Assembly (NCBI GenBank): GCA_036498765.1
Contig: DASYEX010000349.1
Span: forward strand, 1-62,597
Direction: 5' to 3'
Length of the DNA stretch: 62,597 bases
Source of the DNA: Polyangia bacterium
GTDB lineage: Bacteria; Myxococcota_A; Polyangia; Fen-1088
Position numbers and translations under genes: made by a program. The notes under the pieces were generated by a model. It ran no database searches. It was not told the origin of the DNA and saw nothing but the letters and a program-made list of their open reading frames with translations. This document shows, in pieces, positions 46,280 to 55,539 of this stretch. The stretch's first letter is position 1; the number at the start of each line of letters is the position of its first letter.

Positions 46280-48307
46280 CTAACTGTCGCGCAGGTCGAC
46301 CTGGAAGGGCGACACGACGTCGGGGCTGGCGAGCCAGAGGAACGCCGACCGAACGCGGATGTACTCCTCGGCGACGGACTGCGCCAGCTGCGGCGGAAGC
46401 GCGTCGATGTCGACCCCCTGCCAGCCGAAGCCGGGGACGCGATGGCTCCGCGCGAGCAGGCCGCCCGTGGTCACCTTGTCCTGGGCCCGCCAACAGCGCG
46501 TCACGATCGTCTTCATCGCCACGGCAAAGAGCGCCGGCTCGGCGATCGATTCGGGCAGCGCCACCCGATCGAGACCGACCGACCAACAGATCCAGGAGAG
46601 CGCTCCCCAGTCCGCCTGCGCCTCGGCGAGCAGCGCCGGCGCGCCGAGGCCCGCGCTCTCGAGCCGCTCGTCGATCTCCACCTCGCTCGGCCCCTCGTCC
46701 GGGCCGCCGGCCTCGACGGCGACCCGCGCCTGTCGCAGCTCGACCGGACCGTCGAGAAGCAGCGCCGACAGGTCGGGCGGCAACCAAGCGGGCGCGGCGT
46801 CGGCACCGACGAGGGCCAGAACCGCGGCCCGCAGGCGGCCGAGGCGGGTCGCGTAGACCGCGAGCGCGGCTCGCACCTCGGAGAGCTCCCGCACCAACCC
46901 CGCGCCCACGTCGGCCAGCTCGGGATCCGGCGCCAGCCGCTCGCGCGCCGGCCAAAAAGTGAAGGGGCGTAGCCCGAGATCGATGTGGCCGGTGAGGGAG
47001 GCCGCGGCCTCGGGCGCCTCGACGGCGACCACTTCCACGTCGGCGCGCGCGCCGGCCTCGTCGCCGTGCTGGAAGCGGATGAGGGCGCGCGTGAGGTAGG
47101 TCAGCCGTCGCTCCGGCGCCAGCAACAACGACGCCGCCACGAAGTCCGGCGCCGCCGGATGCGCCCCCGGCAGCACCACCGCGAGCGCCCGGAAGGCCCA
47201 CGCCGGGTCGGCGCCCGTGACCAGCGCGTCGAGGACGGTCGACACGTCGGCCTCGACCGACTGCACCAGCGCCTCTCCTCGCTCGAGCGCCAGCGCCGGC
47301 GCGAGCGCGACGACCTCCGCGGCCAGCGTCCTTGCGAGCGCGCCGCGATCGCCATCCTGGACGGCGGCGCGGGCCGCCGCGCACAGCGCCTCGCGAACCC
47401 GCCCCTCGGCGCGCAGGCCGGCCGCCAGCGCCCGCCAGCCGCCCGCCGTCGTGCCGGCGCCCGAGGCAAAGACCGGCGAGGTCTGCTCGCCGCCGGCCTC
47501 GAAGGCCACCCCGCGCGCCACCGTGCGGCGCTCCTCGCCGTCGGCCCCGGCGAAGGTCCAGGTGCCGACCACCTGTCCACGATCGAACGCGCCGCGCTCT
47601 TCGCGGATATCGCCGTCGGCGTAGGGGCTGGGCGCGTCTGCGGCGAACCTGCGCAGGAGCGCGCCTTGGCGCTTGCCGTCCAGCGAGACCGCGGACGATT
47701 CCACGAGCTGCCCACCGGCGTCGAAGGTACGCGTCACCCGCCGGGACCCGTCGAGCTCGCTCTCCTTCTCGAGCACGCCGGCGGCGCTCCACCACCGCTC
47801 CGACTCGGGCCGCCAGCGCTTCCAGCGCGCGCCGGCCTCGTCGTAGTCCGCGTCGTCGGGGACGCCCGGCGGGCGCGGCGGGCAGGGGCGCCCGTCGGAG
47901 AGGATCGGCTGTCCGACGGCGTCGTAGAAGATCTCTTGCACCATCGCCCCACCCTCGTAGCGCAGGTCGAGCCGCAGCGCCGCGTCGGGGACGCAACACG
48001 CGCGCAGCGGCTCTGCGCCTGCGCCGGTCCCCACGTACGCCGAGACCATCCCCTCGACCCTGCCGGCGACGAACGTCCCCTCGCGCGCCACCTTCCCGTC
48101 CGGATGAAAGATCGTGAACGGCCCCTCTTGGACGCCGGCGGCGAACCGGAAGCGCGACAGCAGGCTGCCGTCGCGCCGGTAGAGCAGACACTCGCCCTCG
48201 CGCGCTCCTTGCGCGGTCCGCTGGGAGACCTCCCAGGTGCCGGCTTCGGGGTTCCAGACGCCTCGTTCAGGGACCCCCGCCGGCCGCTCCGGTGCGGCGA
48301 CAGCCAC
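46280..48307 (-). CDS. Large cytoplasmic protein of unknown function with N-terminal MORN/YwqK-like repeats
   Basis: 675 aa with no signal peptide. G-x-x-E/Q-G-x-F/W repeats (REGECLLYRRDGSL, VQEGPFTIFHPDGKV, RVEGMVSAY, QVVGTWTF) are followed by a ~400-aa helical region with no recognisable motif. GTG start. Confidence 0.72.
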   Translation of the reverse strand: MAVAAPERPAGVPERGVWNPEAGTWEVSQRTAQGAREGECLLYRRDGSLLSRFRFAAGVQEGPFTIFHPDGKVAREGTFVAGRVEGMVSAYVGTGAGAEPLRACCVPDAALRLDLRYEGGAMVQEIFYDAVGQPILSDGRPCPPRPPGVPDDADYDEAGARWKRWRPESERWWSAAGVLEKESELDGSRRVTRTFDAGGQLVESSAVSLDGKRQGALLRRFAADAPSPYADGDIREERGAFDRGQVVGTWTFAGADGEERRTVARGVAFEAGGEQTSPVFASGAGTTAGGWRALAAGLRAEGRVREALCAAARAAVQDGDRGALARTLAAEVVALAPALALERGEALVQSVEADVSTVLDALVTGADPAWAFRALAVVLPGAHPAAPDFVAASLLLAPERRLTYLTRALIRFQHGDEAGARADVEVVAVEAPEAAASLTGHIDLGLRPFTFWPARERLAPDPELADVGAGLVRELSEVRAALAVYATRLGRLRAAVLALVGADAAPAWLPPDLSALLLDGPVELRQARVAVEAGGPDEGPSEVEIDERLESAGLGAPALLAEAQADWGALSWICWSVGLDRVALPESIAEPALFAVAMKTIVTRCWRAQDKVTTGGLLARSHRVPGFGWQGVDIDALPPQLAQSVAEEYIRVRSAFLWLASPDVVSPFQVDLRDS

Positions 48308-48337
48308 GGCTGCCGCCCAGGATACCGCGATCTGTCG

Positions 48338-49963
48338 CTAGTTTCCGCTCACCCGGCAGAACAGCCAGAACAGCGAGCCGGAGAGGAGGATCGAGACCGG
48401 CAGGGTCAGCACCCAGGCCATGAGCAGGTTGCGGACCGTCCCCCACTGCAGGCCCGTCTTGTTCGCGGCCATGGTGCCGGCGACGCCCGACGACAGGACG
48501 TGGGTCGTGCTGACCGGCAGGCCGAAGGCGTCGGCGGCGCCGATGGTGGCCATGGCGGTCAGCTCGGCGGCCGCGCCCTGGGCGTAGGTGAGGTGGTCCT
48601 TGCCGATCTTCTCGCCAACGGTCACGACGATCCGCTTCCAGCCGATCATGGTGCCCAGGCCCAGCGCGATGGCCACCGCCACCTTGACCCAGCTGGGGAT
48701 GAACTTGGTCGCCTTGTCGATGTGCTTGCGGTAGTTCTTCACGACGTCGGCGTCGGCCGGCGCGATGGCGGGCAGCTTGGTCTTGTCCATCAGCCGCAGC
48801 GCCTCGCCGATGAGGTACAGGTCATTGCGGAAGTTACGCGTCTGACCGGCGGGGACGTTGCGCAGCTCCTTGTAGATGGACATGTCGTGGCCCACGCCGC
48901 CGATCATCTTGCGCAGGCCCGGGACGGTCGCCGGCTGCAGCGCGCGGCTGCGGACGTAGGCGGTCACCTCGTTGCGCCCGTCGCCGGCCACGGTGACGTT
49001 CGCGTCGGCGTAATGGCCCAACGTCGTGTCGGCCAGGGCGGACACGGCGATGAAGTCCTGCGAGTCCTTGGCCGAGACGGCGTGGTTGAGCGCGTAGGCT
49101 GTCGGCACGGTGCCGACCAAGATCAGCATGATGAGGCCCATCCCCTTCTGACCATCGTTCGAGCCGTGCGCGAAACTGACGCCCGTGCAGGTGAGGAGCA
49201 GCAGGCAGCGGATCCAGAACGGCGGCGGTGCTTCGCCGACCGGCGCCTGGTAGAGGTGCTTGCTCTTGACCACCCTGCGCATGGTGATGAGCACCAACCC
49301 GGCGACGGCAAACCCGACCAGCGGCGACACCAGCAGCGACTTGCCGATGTTGGAGGCCTGGTGCCAGTCGACGCCGCTGGTGGCGGAGCCGGCCTGCATG
49401 AACTGGTTGGCGAGACCGACGCCGATGACAGAACCGATGAGCGTGTGCGAGCTCGACGACGGGAGCCCGAAATACCAGGTGCCGAGGTTCCAGATGATCG
49501 CCGCGGTCAGGAGGGCGAACACCATCGCGAACCCGGCGCCGCCCCCCACCTGCAGGATCAGCTCGACCGGGAGCAGCGAAATGATCCCGAAGGCGACGGC
49601 TCCCGTCGAGACGAGGACGCCGATGAAGTTCCACATCCCCGACCACACGACGGCGATCTGGGGGCTGAGCGAGTGGGTATAGATGACGGTGGCCACGGCG
49701 TTCGCGGTGTCGTGGAAACCGTTGACGAACTCGAACCCCAGCGCGACGAGCAGCGCGATCCCAAGCAAGATGAACGGGAGCGCCGACGTCGGATGCACGT
49801 CCGCGAGGTCGGTGAGGAGCTGCGAGCCCGCGTAGCCGAGCCCGACCACCAGCGCGACGGCGAACACCGCCATGCCGATCCGGCCGGGACGGGCGGCCAT
49901 CTTGGCGTGAACAGCGTGAGACGAAGGAGCGGGCTGCTCGACGGCGGCGGCATTGGTGGTCAT
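48338..49963 (-). CDS. pitA: Inorganic phosphate transporter, PiT family
   Basis: GFEFVNGFHDTANAVATVIYT, FAHGSNDGQKGMGLIM, VSTTHVLSSGVAG. Start re-picked at MTTNAAAV. Confidence 0.9.
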   Translation of the reverse strand: MTTNAAAVEQPAPSSHAVHAKMAARPGRIGMAVFAVALVVGLGYAGSQLLTDLADVHPTSALPFILLGIALLVALGFEFVNGFHDTANAVATVIYTHSLSPQIAVVWSGMWNFIGVLVSTGAVAFGIISLLPVELILQVGGGAGFAMVFALLTAAIIWNLGTWYFGLPSSSSHTLIGSVIGVGLANQFMQAGSATSGVDWHQASNIGKSLLVSPLVGFAVAGLVLITMRRVVKSKHLYQAPVGEAPPPFWIRCLLLLTCTGVSFAHGSNDGQKGMGLIMLILVGTVPTAYALNHAVSAKDSQDFIAVSALADTTLGHYADANVTVAGDGRNEVTAYVRSRALQPATVPGLRKMIGGVGHDMSIYKELRNVPAGQTRNFRNDLYLIGEALRLMDKTKLPAIAPADADVVKNYRKHIDKATKFIPSWVKVAVAIALGLGTMIGWKRIVVTVGEKIGKDHLTYAQGAAAELTAMATIGAADAFGLPVSTTHVLSSGVAGTMAANKTGLQWGTVRNLLMAWVLTLPVSILLSGSLFWLFCRVSGN

Positions 49964-50083
49964 GAGGGCCGCACGATACCCAGCGACGCGTGCCGCGTTT
50001 GCGACCCTCCGGTTACGATTGTGCAACTGCACCCACTACGGCGCGGCGTTCACCGGCGGGCTGACCAGCGACAGACCGAACAG

Positions 50084-50731
50084 CTAGCGGGCGGCCGCCA
50101 GGAGGCGGGCGGCGGCCGCGCCCAGATCGGGGAGGACGGCGTCGGCGGCGGCGAAGTTGCCGGTGGCGGTCAGCCCCGAGGGGACGACCCAACAAGAGAG
50201 GCCTGCCGCCTTGGCCGCACGCAGGCCGCGCTCGGAGTCCTCGATCACCAGGCAGCGCGCGGGCGGCAGGCCCAGGCGCGCCACGGCGCAGAGGTAGGGC
50301 TCCGGATCGGGCTTGGAGTTGGTGTAGTCGACCCGCGTGAGCACCAGCTCGAAGTGCGGCAGGAGACCGGTTCGCGCGTGTGTGCGCGCGAACGGCCCTG
50401 GCTCGGAGCTGGTCACGATGGCCATCCGGAAGCGCGCCGCCAGCCTCGGCAACAGCTCGGCGACGCCCGGGATGACAATCTCGGCCTCCTCGACCAGCTG
50501 GAAGTAGCGGCGATCGCGCGCCGCTCGCAGCTCGGCGATGCCGGCCGGGTCGATGCCGCGCGCCTCGGCCAGATGCCAGGCGCCCAGCCCTTCGCGCAGG
50601 AAGTACGCGACGTACGTCGCCTCGTCGAGGTCGACGCCGACCGTCGCCAGCGCCTCGCGGTTGGCGCGGAAATACAGCGCCTCGGTGTCGACCAGAACGC
50701 CGTCGTTGTCGAACAGGATTGCGTCGAACAT
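50084..50731 (-). CDS. HAD-IA family hydrolase (phosphatase/beta-phosphoglucomutase-like)
   Basis: MFDAILFDNDGVLVDTE (DxDG motif I), VTSS (motif II), IEDSERGLRAAKAAG (motif IV). The start ATG shares one base with the upstream stop (TAATG). Confidence 0.85.
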   Translation of the reverse strand: MFDAILFDNDGVLVDTEALYFRANREALATVGVDLDEATYVAYFLREGLGAWHLAEARGIDPAGIAELRAARDRRYFQLVEEAEIVIPGVAELLPRLAARFRMAIVTSSEPGPFARTHARTGLLPHFELVLTRVDYTNSKPDPEPYLCAVARLGLPPARCLVIEDSERGLRAAKAAGLSCWVVPSGLTATGNFAAADAVLPDLGAAAARLLAAAR

Positions 50732-51630
50732 TACGGATAAGGGAAATCGGCCGTCGGGTCGGTGGGCTCGACGTCGTGGAACTTTCGCAGATCGAGCAGC
50801 AAGTGGCCATCGGGCGTCTCGGAGAGCACGTCGCTGAGCCGCTGCCCCCACAGGAAGTTGCGGGCGAAGTAGCGGTGCCCGCCATGGACCATCTGCATGG
50901 TGGCGTCGTCGAGCCCGATGACCTGCACCTGCAGCTCGATCTCCTTGGCGGCCAGCGAGGCCGGCGTCTCGCCATGAAGCGGGCTCTCCCGGTCGATGAC
51001 GTGCACGACGTTCCACGATCGCGAAAGCGACAGCGCCCGCTGTCGCGTGAGCGCCAGGTCGAGCATCCGGTAGAACGTCCGGCCCTCGGCGGTGATCTCG
51101 GTCCGGACCAGCAGCACCTTGATCTGGGCGTCGACGATCGAGTTCCCCCGCTCGTTGCCGAGCCGGAGCTGCAACGTGGGAACGCCGTTCACCGGCGAGA
51201 TCACGACGTTCTCAGTGAAGATGAGGCGCGCCGTCGAGCGCGAGAACTTCGCGAACACCAGCCCTGTCGCCAGCGCCGTCAGCGTCAGCCCGGTGATGGC
51301 CTCGGCGGTGACCACCAGGTTGGCGCCCGTCGACTCGGGGAACATCGCGCCGTAACCGACCGTCCCCATCGTCTGCACACTGAAGAAGAAGGCGTCGCGG
51401 AACGACGCCTGCGCCGCGTGCGCCACCCCGCCGACGATGAGGTAGACGACGGCGAACAGCGCGTTGACGATCAGGAAGGTCCCGCTGATGGCGGCGATCG
51501 TGACCCACCACGGCCGCTCGAGGAGCGCGTGGTAGAAGTCGCGCAGCGGCTGGCGGCGATCGCCGACGATGCGGATCTCGTAGTCCGCGCCGGGATCGCG
51601 GATCCGCTTGACCTGCTTCGCGCCGTGCAC
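50731..51630 (-). CDS. Prokaryotic inward-rectifier K+ channel (KirBac family)
   Basis: FRDAFFFSVQTMGTVGYGAMFP (pore helix plus TVGYG filter), GLVFAKFSRSTARLIF, and the Kir cytoplasmic domain NVVHVIDRESPLHGETPASL. Close to KirBac1.1 as recalled. Confidence 0.9.
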   Translation of the reverse strand: MHGAKQVKRIRDPGADYEIRIVGDRRQPLRDFYHALLERPWWVTIAAISGTFLIVNALFAVVYLIVGGVAHAAQASFRDAFFFSVQTMGTVGYGAMFPESTGANLVVTAEAITGLTLTALATGLVFAKFSRSTARLIFTENVVISPVNGVPTLQLRLGNERGNSIVDAQIKVLLVRTEITAEGRTFYRMLDLALTRQRALSLSRSWNVVHVIDRESPLHGETPASLAAKEIELQVQVIGLDDATMQMVHGGHRYFARNFLWGQRLSDVLSETPDGHLLLDLRKFHDVEPTDPTADFPYP

Positions 51631-51645
51631 GGCGGCGACGTTACT

Positions 51646-52287
51646 TCACTTGATGCCCGAGATGCAGCACCCGTTCGGCATGGCCGGAGGGACGGCGTTC
51701 TTGAGGTGGCAGCGGGAATAGGGGCCCTCGATGTGCGGGTGGACGTAGGTGAAGGCCGCGCAGCGCGCCTCGCGGTAGCAGATCTCGCGGCACATCTCCG
51801 GGTTGGCGGCCGGCATCTCGAAGGTCCGGTAGTCGGCCCCTGGACGCGTGAACCCTCCCTCGAACGGCCGGTACCCTGGGCGCGGCGACGCGGCGGGAGG
51901 GGGCGGCAGCGGCGCTGGCGGGGGCGGGGGTGCCGCCGGCCTGAGGCCCGAGACGCAGCACGCGTCCGCGACCAGCGCGGGGACGGCCCGTTTGAGCGAG
52001 CAACGCGCTGAGGGGCCTCGTACCCCGGGCGCAAGGTAGGTAAAGGCCGCGCAGGGCGCCTCGGCTCCGCAAGCGTCGCGACAGATCTCCGGGTGAGGCG
52101 CGACGTCGAAGCTGCGGTACTCGGCGCCCGGACGGTTGGCGTTCATCTCGAAGCCCGCCTGGGTCACGACCACCGGCGCCGGGGCGGGCGCGGCCGGCGC
52201 CGTCACGCCGACGCCCACGGATGCCGGGACGCAGCTTCCCGCCAACAGCGCCAGGACACCGCTCGACTTCTTGAAGCTGAAGCGCAT
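51646..52287 (-). CDS. Secreted protein with two PAN/Apple-like domains
   Basis: Start re-picked at MRFSFKKSSGVLALLAGSC, with GGAGG upstream. Two ~75-aa repeats: CRDACGAEAPCAAFTY...ARCSLKRAVP...CCVSG and CREICYREARCAAFTY...SRCHLKNAVP...CCISG. Confidence 0.8.
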   Translation of the reverse strand: MRFSFKKSSGVLALLAGSCVPASVGVGVTAPAAPAPAPVVVTQAGFEMNANRPGAEYRSFDVAPHPEICRDACGAEAPCAAFTYLAPGVRGPSARCSLKRAVPALVADACCVSGLRPAAPPPPPAPLPPPPAASPRPGYRPFEGGFTRPGADYRTFEMPAANPEMCREICYREARCAAFTYVHPHIEGPYSRCHLKNAVPPAMPNGCCISGIK

Positions 52288-52554
52288 CCAAGCCCCTCCA
52301 CCGCCGCCAGCGCGGACTACCTGCAATATTGGTTCGCCGAGCTGGGAGCACCAGTCGGCCGGGCCTCAAAGTGTCCATCGCGCCGCCCAGGCCCCCAGGA
52401 TGAGGTAGGCGCACCGCCGCGAGCCGCGCAGAGGGAAGGCGTCGGTCAGCACGCCGGCGAGCGGCTTCAGGAGTCCGTCATCAGGAGGAGATTACCCGAG
52501 CGCCACCCGAATGAGAGCGCCCGCGCGACGCGGACCCGCCCGACGAGACGAGCG

Positions 52555-54093
52555 TCAGCAGCCCGGACCGGAGACGCCCGGGGCACAGATCGCGCAGGTC
52601 ATGGTGCCGTTGGTGCTGGGCGTGGTCTCGACGATGTTGACTGTCTGCCCGCCACAGGTCCCGGTACCCGGGCTCAGGCTCCAGCAGGGGGCCGCGCCCC
52701 CGGTGAGCGCGCAATTCTGGTACGTCGCCTGCGTGAGGGCGCCGTTCGTCGCGACGATCGCCGCCGTGACGGCGCAATCAGGCAACCCGTTGCCGGTCTG
52801 CTGGATCGCCCCGGTCAGGCACGGCGGGCTAGGCAAAGCGCCGACCTTGCTGGCGATGGCCTGCATCGTCGAGAGGTAGCTCGGATCGCAGATGGAGCCG
52901 AGGTTGTTGTTGCGAAACGAATTGACGAATTGGGCGAGGCGAACGCCGGGATCGGCCATGCTGCCGTCGGTCACGAGCTGGGTTGCCTGGGGATTGACCT
53001 CGTCATCTCCGGCGATGCCACAGGAGTGCTCGACCTGGGGCCAGAGCTCGCCGGGCTGAACGTTTTGCCGACCCTCGGCCGGCAGCCACGAGACGCCGTA
53101 GGGCGTCGTCGGCCCGATGATGGCGGAGACGAAGATCTGATTGTCCGGATCTGGCTTGAGTGCCTGGATGTCGGTGATGAACTGACTGACCGGCGTCAAG
53201 AGGCCGCTCGGCGTGTCGTTGCTCGTGCAGTCGGCCAGGTCCAACGTCGTGGCGCCGGAGGGCGGGACGACCGGCGGCATGACTGTCTCCCCCGAGGGAT
53301 CCTTGCAGAGGTGACCGTAACGGTTGCAACGATAGTGGTCCACCGGTCCGAGCGCGTTCATGATGTTCTGCTGGTTCGACCCGCCGACCTCGAGGGAGAA
53401 GAGCTGAGTGTTGCGAGGCGCCGAACAGTCGTCCTGATCGGCCAGGAAGACGATCGCCAGGTAGGCGTCGTCGCGGAGAAAGCCGGCGTTCGCGGCCGGC
53501 GGCGGCGAGCCGTCAGCGCCGAGCGCGCGGTCGAGGGCCGCCAGCGGTTGATCGAAGCCGCACCCCACGACGCCGAGCATCGAGATGCACTCGAGCGTGC
53601 TCGCCAAGTCGCCGCTGAAGTTCGAGACGCCATTCCCGGTGCTGAGATAAGTCGCGCCGCTCTCGAGGCCGGAGGTCGTGCAGGTCCCCCTGGGCGCGCT
53701 CCGGAACGCGCCGTCGTCTCCGGCCGGCGAGCAGCCGATCGACGACGTGGCGTCGCTCGGCGCGCCCATGTCGGGGCTGACGATCGCGACGTGAAGGTCG
53801 AGAGGGTGAGGCTGGCTCTGGAGCACCCTCACGAAGGCTGGGATCTGATCGCCGAGCTTTTCCTGATACAAGGTCGCATTGGCCCAGTTATCGATGACGA
53901 ACACCAGGTCGACCCGGGTGTTGGGCGTCGTCGAAAAAACGGTGGACTCGGTCACGCTCACGCGCAGCGGGCCGTTTCCGCCGCCCTGGCCCCCCGACTC
54001 GCACCCGAGCGCGACGGCCCCCAGGGCCAATGCGCCGGCCGACCAGCTAGCGATCCTCGGGGGCATCTTCGGGGGCATCTTCCCTCTGAACAT
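52555..54093 (-). CDS. Lipoprotein with vWA-like N-domain and Cys-rich C-region
   Basis: Lipobox VALGC. VDLVFVIDNWAN (degenerate DxSxS position), AYLAIVFLADQDDCSAP. Many paired Cys. The family call is tentative. Confidence 0.68.
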   Translation of the reverse strand: MFRGKMPPKMPPRIASWSAGALALGAVALGCESGGQGGGNGPLRVSVTESTVFSTTPNTRVDLVFVIDNWANATLYQEKLGDQIPAFVRVLQSQPHPLDLHVAIVSPDMGAPSDATSSIGCSPAGDDGAFRSAPRGTCTTSGLESGATYLSTGNGVSNFSGDLASTLECISMLGVVGCGFDQPLAALDRALGADGSPPPAANAGFLRDDAYLAIVFLADQDDCSAPRNTQLFSLEVGGSNQQNIMNALGPVDHYRCNRYGHLCKDPSGETVMPPVVPPSGATTLDLADCTSNDTPSGLLTPVSQFITDIQALKPDPDNQIFVSAIIGPTTPYGVSWLPAEGRQNVQPGELWPQVEHSCGIAGDDEVNPQATQLVTDGSMADPGVRLAQFVNSFRNNNLGSICDPSYLSTMQAIASKVGALPSPPCLTGAIQQTGNGLPDCAVTAAIVATNGALTQATYQNCALTGGAAPCWSLSPGTGTCGGQTVNIVETTPSTNGTMTCAICAPGVSGPGC

Positions 54094-54175
54094 GTCGGCG
54101 CACTCTCCGCTGGCTTGTAGGTGCGCGCCGGCGGTCCGTTCTCGGTCACAAATCGACGGCGTGGGAAGGCATCGG

Positions 54176-55516
54176 TCAGAACGTGATGGCGTTGACCAGC
54201 GACGGAACGCCGACCGCGCCGGCCGGCGCGATGTCCAGCAGCACGGCCCGCGAGCCGGGCGGCAGGTCGCGCCGCGCCGCCTCCAGGGTGGCTTGCAGGG
54301 CGTCGTGGCCGGCAGGGACGACGAGATCGATGGCGCGGACGCCCCAGGCGAAGTGCAGCCGGCGCGTCGTCTCTGGCACGCGGCTGTAGGCCAGGATCGG
54401 CCGGCGCGGGCGGAAGGCGGCCAGCCGCTCGGCGCTGATGCCGGTGCGGGTGGGGACGATGATGGCGGCCGCGTCGAGGTCGTCGGCGAGATCGGCCGCC
54501 GCGTGGGCCAGCGCGTTGGTCATGGTCGTGCGGACCGGACCGTCGTGCGCCGGCAAGAGCGGCTCGGTCTCGCACAGCAGGCGGATCATCATGTTCACCG
54601 CGCCGGCCGGATCGTGGCCGACGGCCGTCTCCTCCGACAACATCACGGCGTCGGTCCCGTCGAGCACCGCGTTCGCCACGTCGGTCACCTCGGCGCGCGT
54701 CGGCAGCGGGCTCCCGACCATCGACATCAACATCTGCGTGGCCGTGATGACCGGGCGGCCCGCGCGGTTGCAGGCGCGGATGATCCGCTTCTGCATGGCC
54801 GGCACGCGCTCGATGGGGATCTCCACGCCTAGATCTCCGCGCGCCACCATGACGGCGTCGGCGGCGGCGATGATGGCGTCCAGCCGTTCGAGCGCCTGCT
54901 GCTTCTCGATCTTCGCCACCAGCGGCAGCTTGGTGAGCAGCCGCGCCTCGGCGAGATCGCGCTCGTGGCGGACGTAGGAGATGGCCACGAAGTCGGGGGC
55001 CAGGACGTCCAGCTCGCCCAGATCGGCGCGGTCCTTCTCGGTGAGGGCCGGCAGCGACGAGGTGTCGCGGGGGAGGTTGATCCCTTTGCGCGAGCGGAGC
55101 GTCCCACCGACCCGCACGACGCAGACGACCCGGTCCGCCGCGACCTCGCGCGCCTCGAGATCGATCGTCCCGTCGGCGATGAAGATCGGATCGCCCGGGC
55201 GCACGCGATTGTAGAGCGAGGGGTCGCCCACCGGCGCCCCGCCCGCCCCCAGCGTCAGCGTCTCCCCGTCGGTCACCACCTGTTCGGCCGGCAACTCGCC
55301 GAGCCGCAGCTTGGGACCCGCCAGGTCGACCAGCACGGCGACGTCGGGGCGGTGCGCGCGCGCGCGGCGGACCCGCTCGGCCTGCTCGCGCGGCGGCGCG
55401 TGCGAGAGGTTCAGGCGCAGGAGATCGACGCCGGTGTCCAGCAGTCGCTCGAGCGCGCCGGGTGGATCCTGCGCGGGACCGACGGTGGCGATGATCTTCG
55501 TACGGCGTTCGGGCAC
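54176..55516 (-). CDS. pyk: Pyruvate kinase
   Basis: RRTKIIATVGP, LRLNLSHA, VLVDLAGPKLRLG, VMVARGDLGVEIP, ITATQMLMSM. Start uncertain: GTG 55516 or TTG 55531. The longer ORF to 55627 overlaps the upstream gene. Confidence 0.9.
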   Translation of the reverse strand: MPERRTKIIATVGPAQDPPGALERLLDTGVDLLRLNLSHAPPREQAERVRRARAHRPDVAVLVDLAGPKLRLGELPAEQVVTDGETLTLGAGGAPVGDPSLYNRVRPGDPIFIADGTIDLEAREVAADRVVCVVRVGGTLRSRKGINLPRDTSSLPALTEKDRADLGELDVLAPDFVAISYVRHERDLAEARLLTKLPLVAKIEKQQALERLDAIIAAADAVMVARGDLGVEIPIERVPAMQKRIIRACNRAGRPVITATQMLMSMVGSPLPTRAEVTDVANAVLDGTDAVMLSEETAVGHDPAGAVNMMIRLLCETEPLLPAHDGPVRTTMTNALAHAAADLADDLDAAAIIVPTRTGISAERLAAFRPRRPILAYSRVPETTRRLHFAWGVRAIDLVVPAGHDALQATLEAARRDLPPGSRAVLLDIAPAGAVGVPSLVNAITF

Positions 55517-55539
55517 GCCACACTCTATCAATTTCGCAG

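Noticed and set aside
46985-50740. 1251-aa plus-strand ORF, and similar giant ORFs: 55642..58653 (1003 aa), 22499..25345 (948 aa), 16232..18700 (822 aa, minus), 43919..46159 (746 aa, minus), 46164..48191 (675 aa, minus), 52093..54120 (675 aa).
   Set aside because: Their translations are dominated by Arg, Ala, Gly, Pro and Asp runs with no motifs. They lie antisense to, or out of frame with, genes that have clear family signatures (PiT, GH5, Omp85 fusion, pyk and others). Long stop-free off-frames are expected in DNA this GC-rich.
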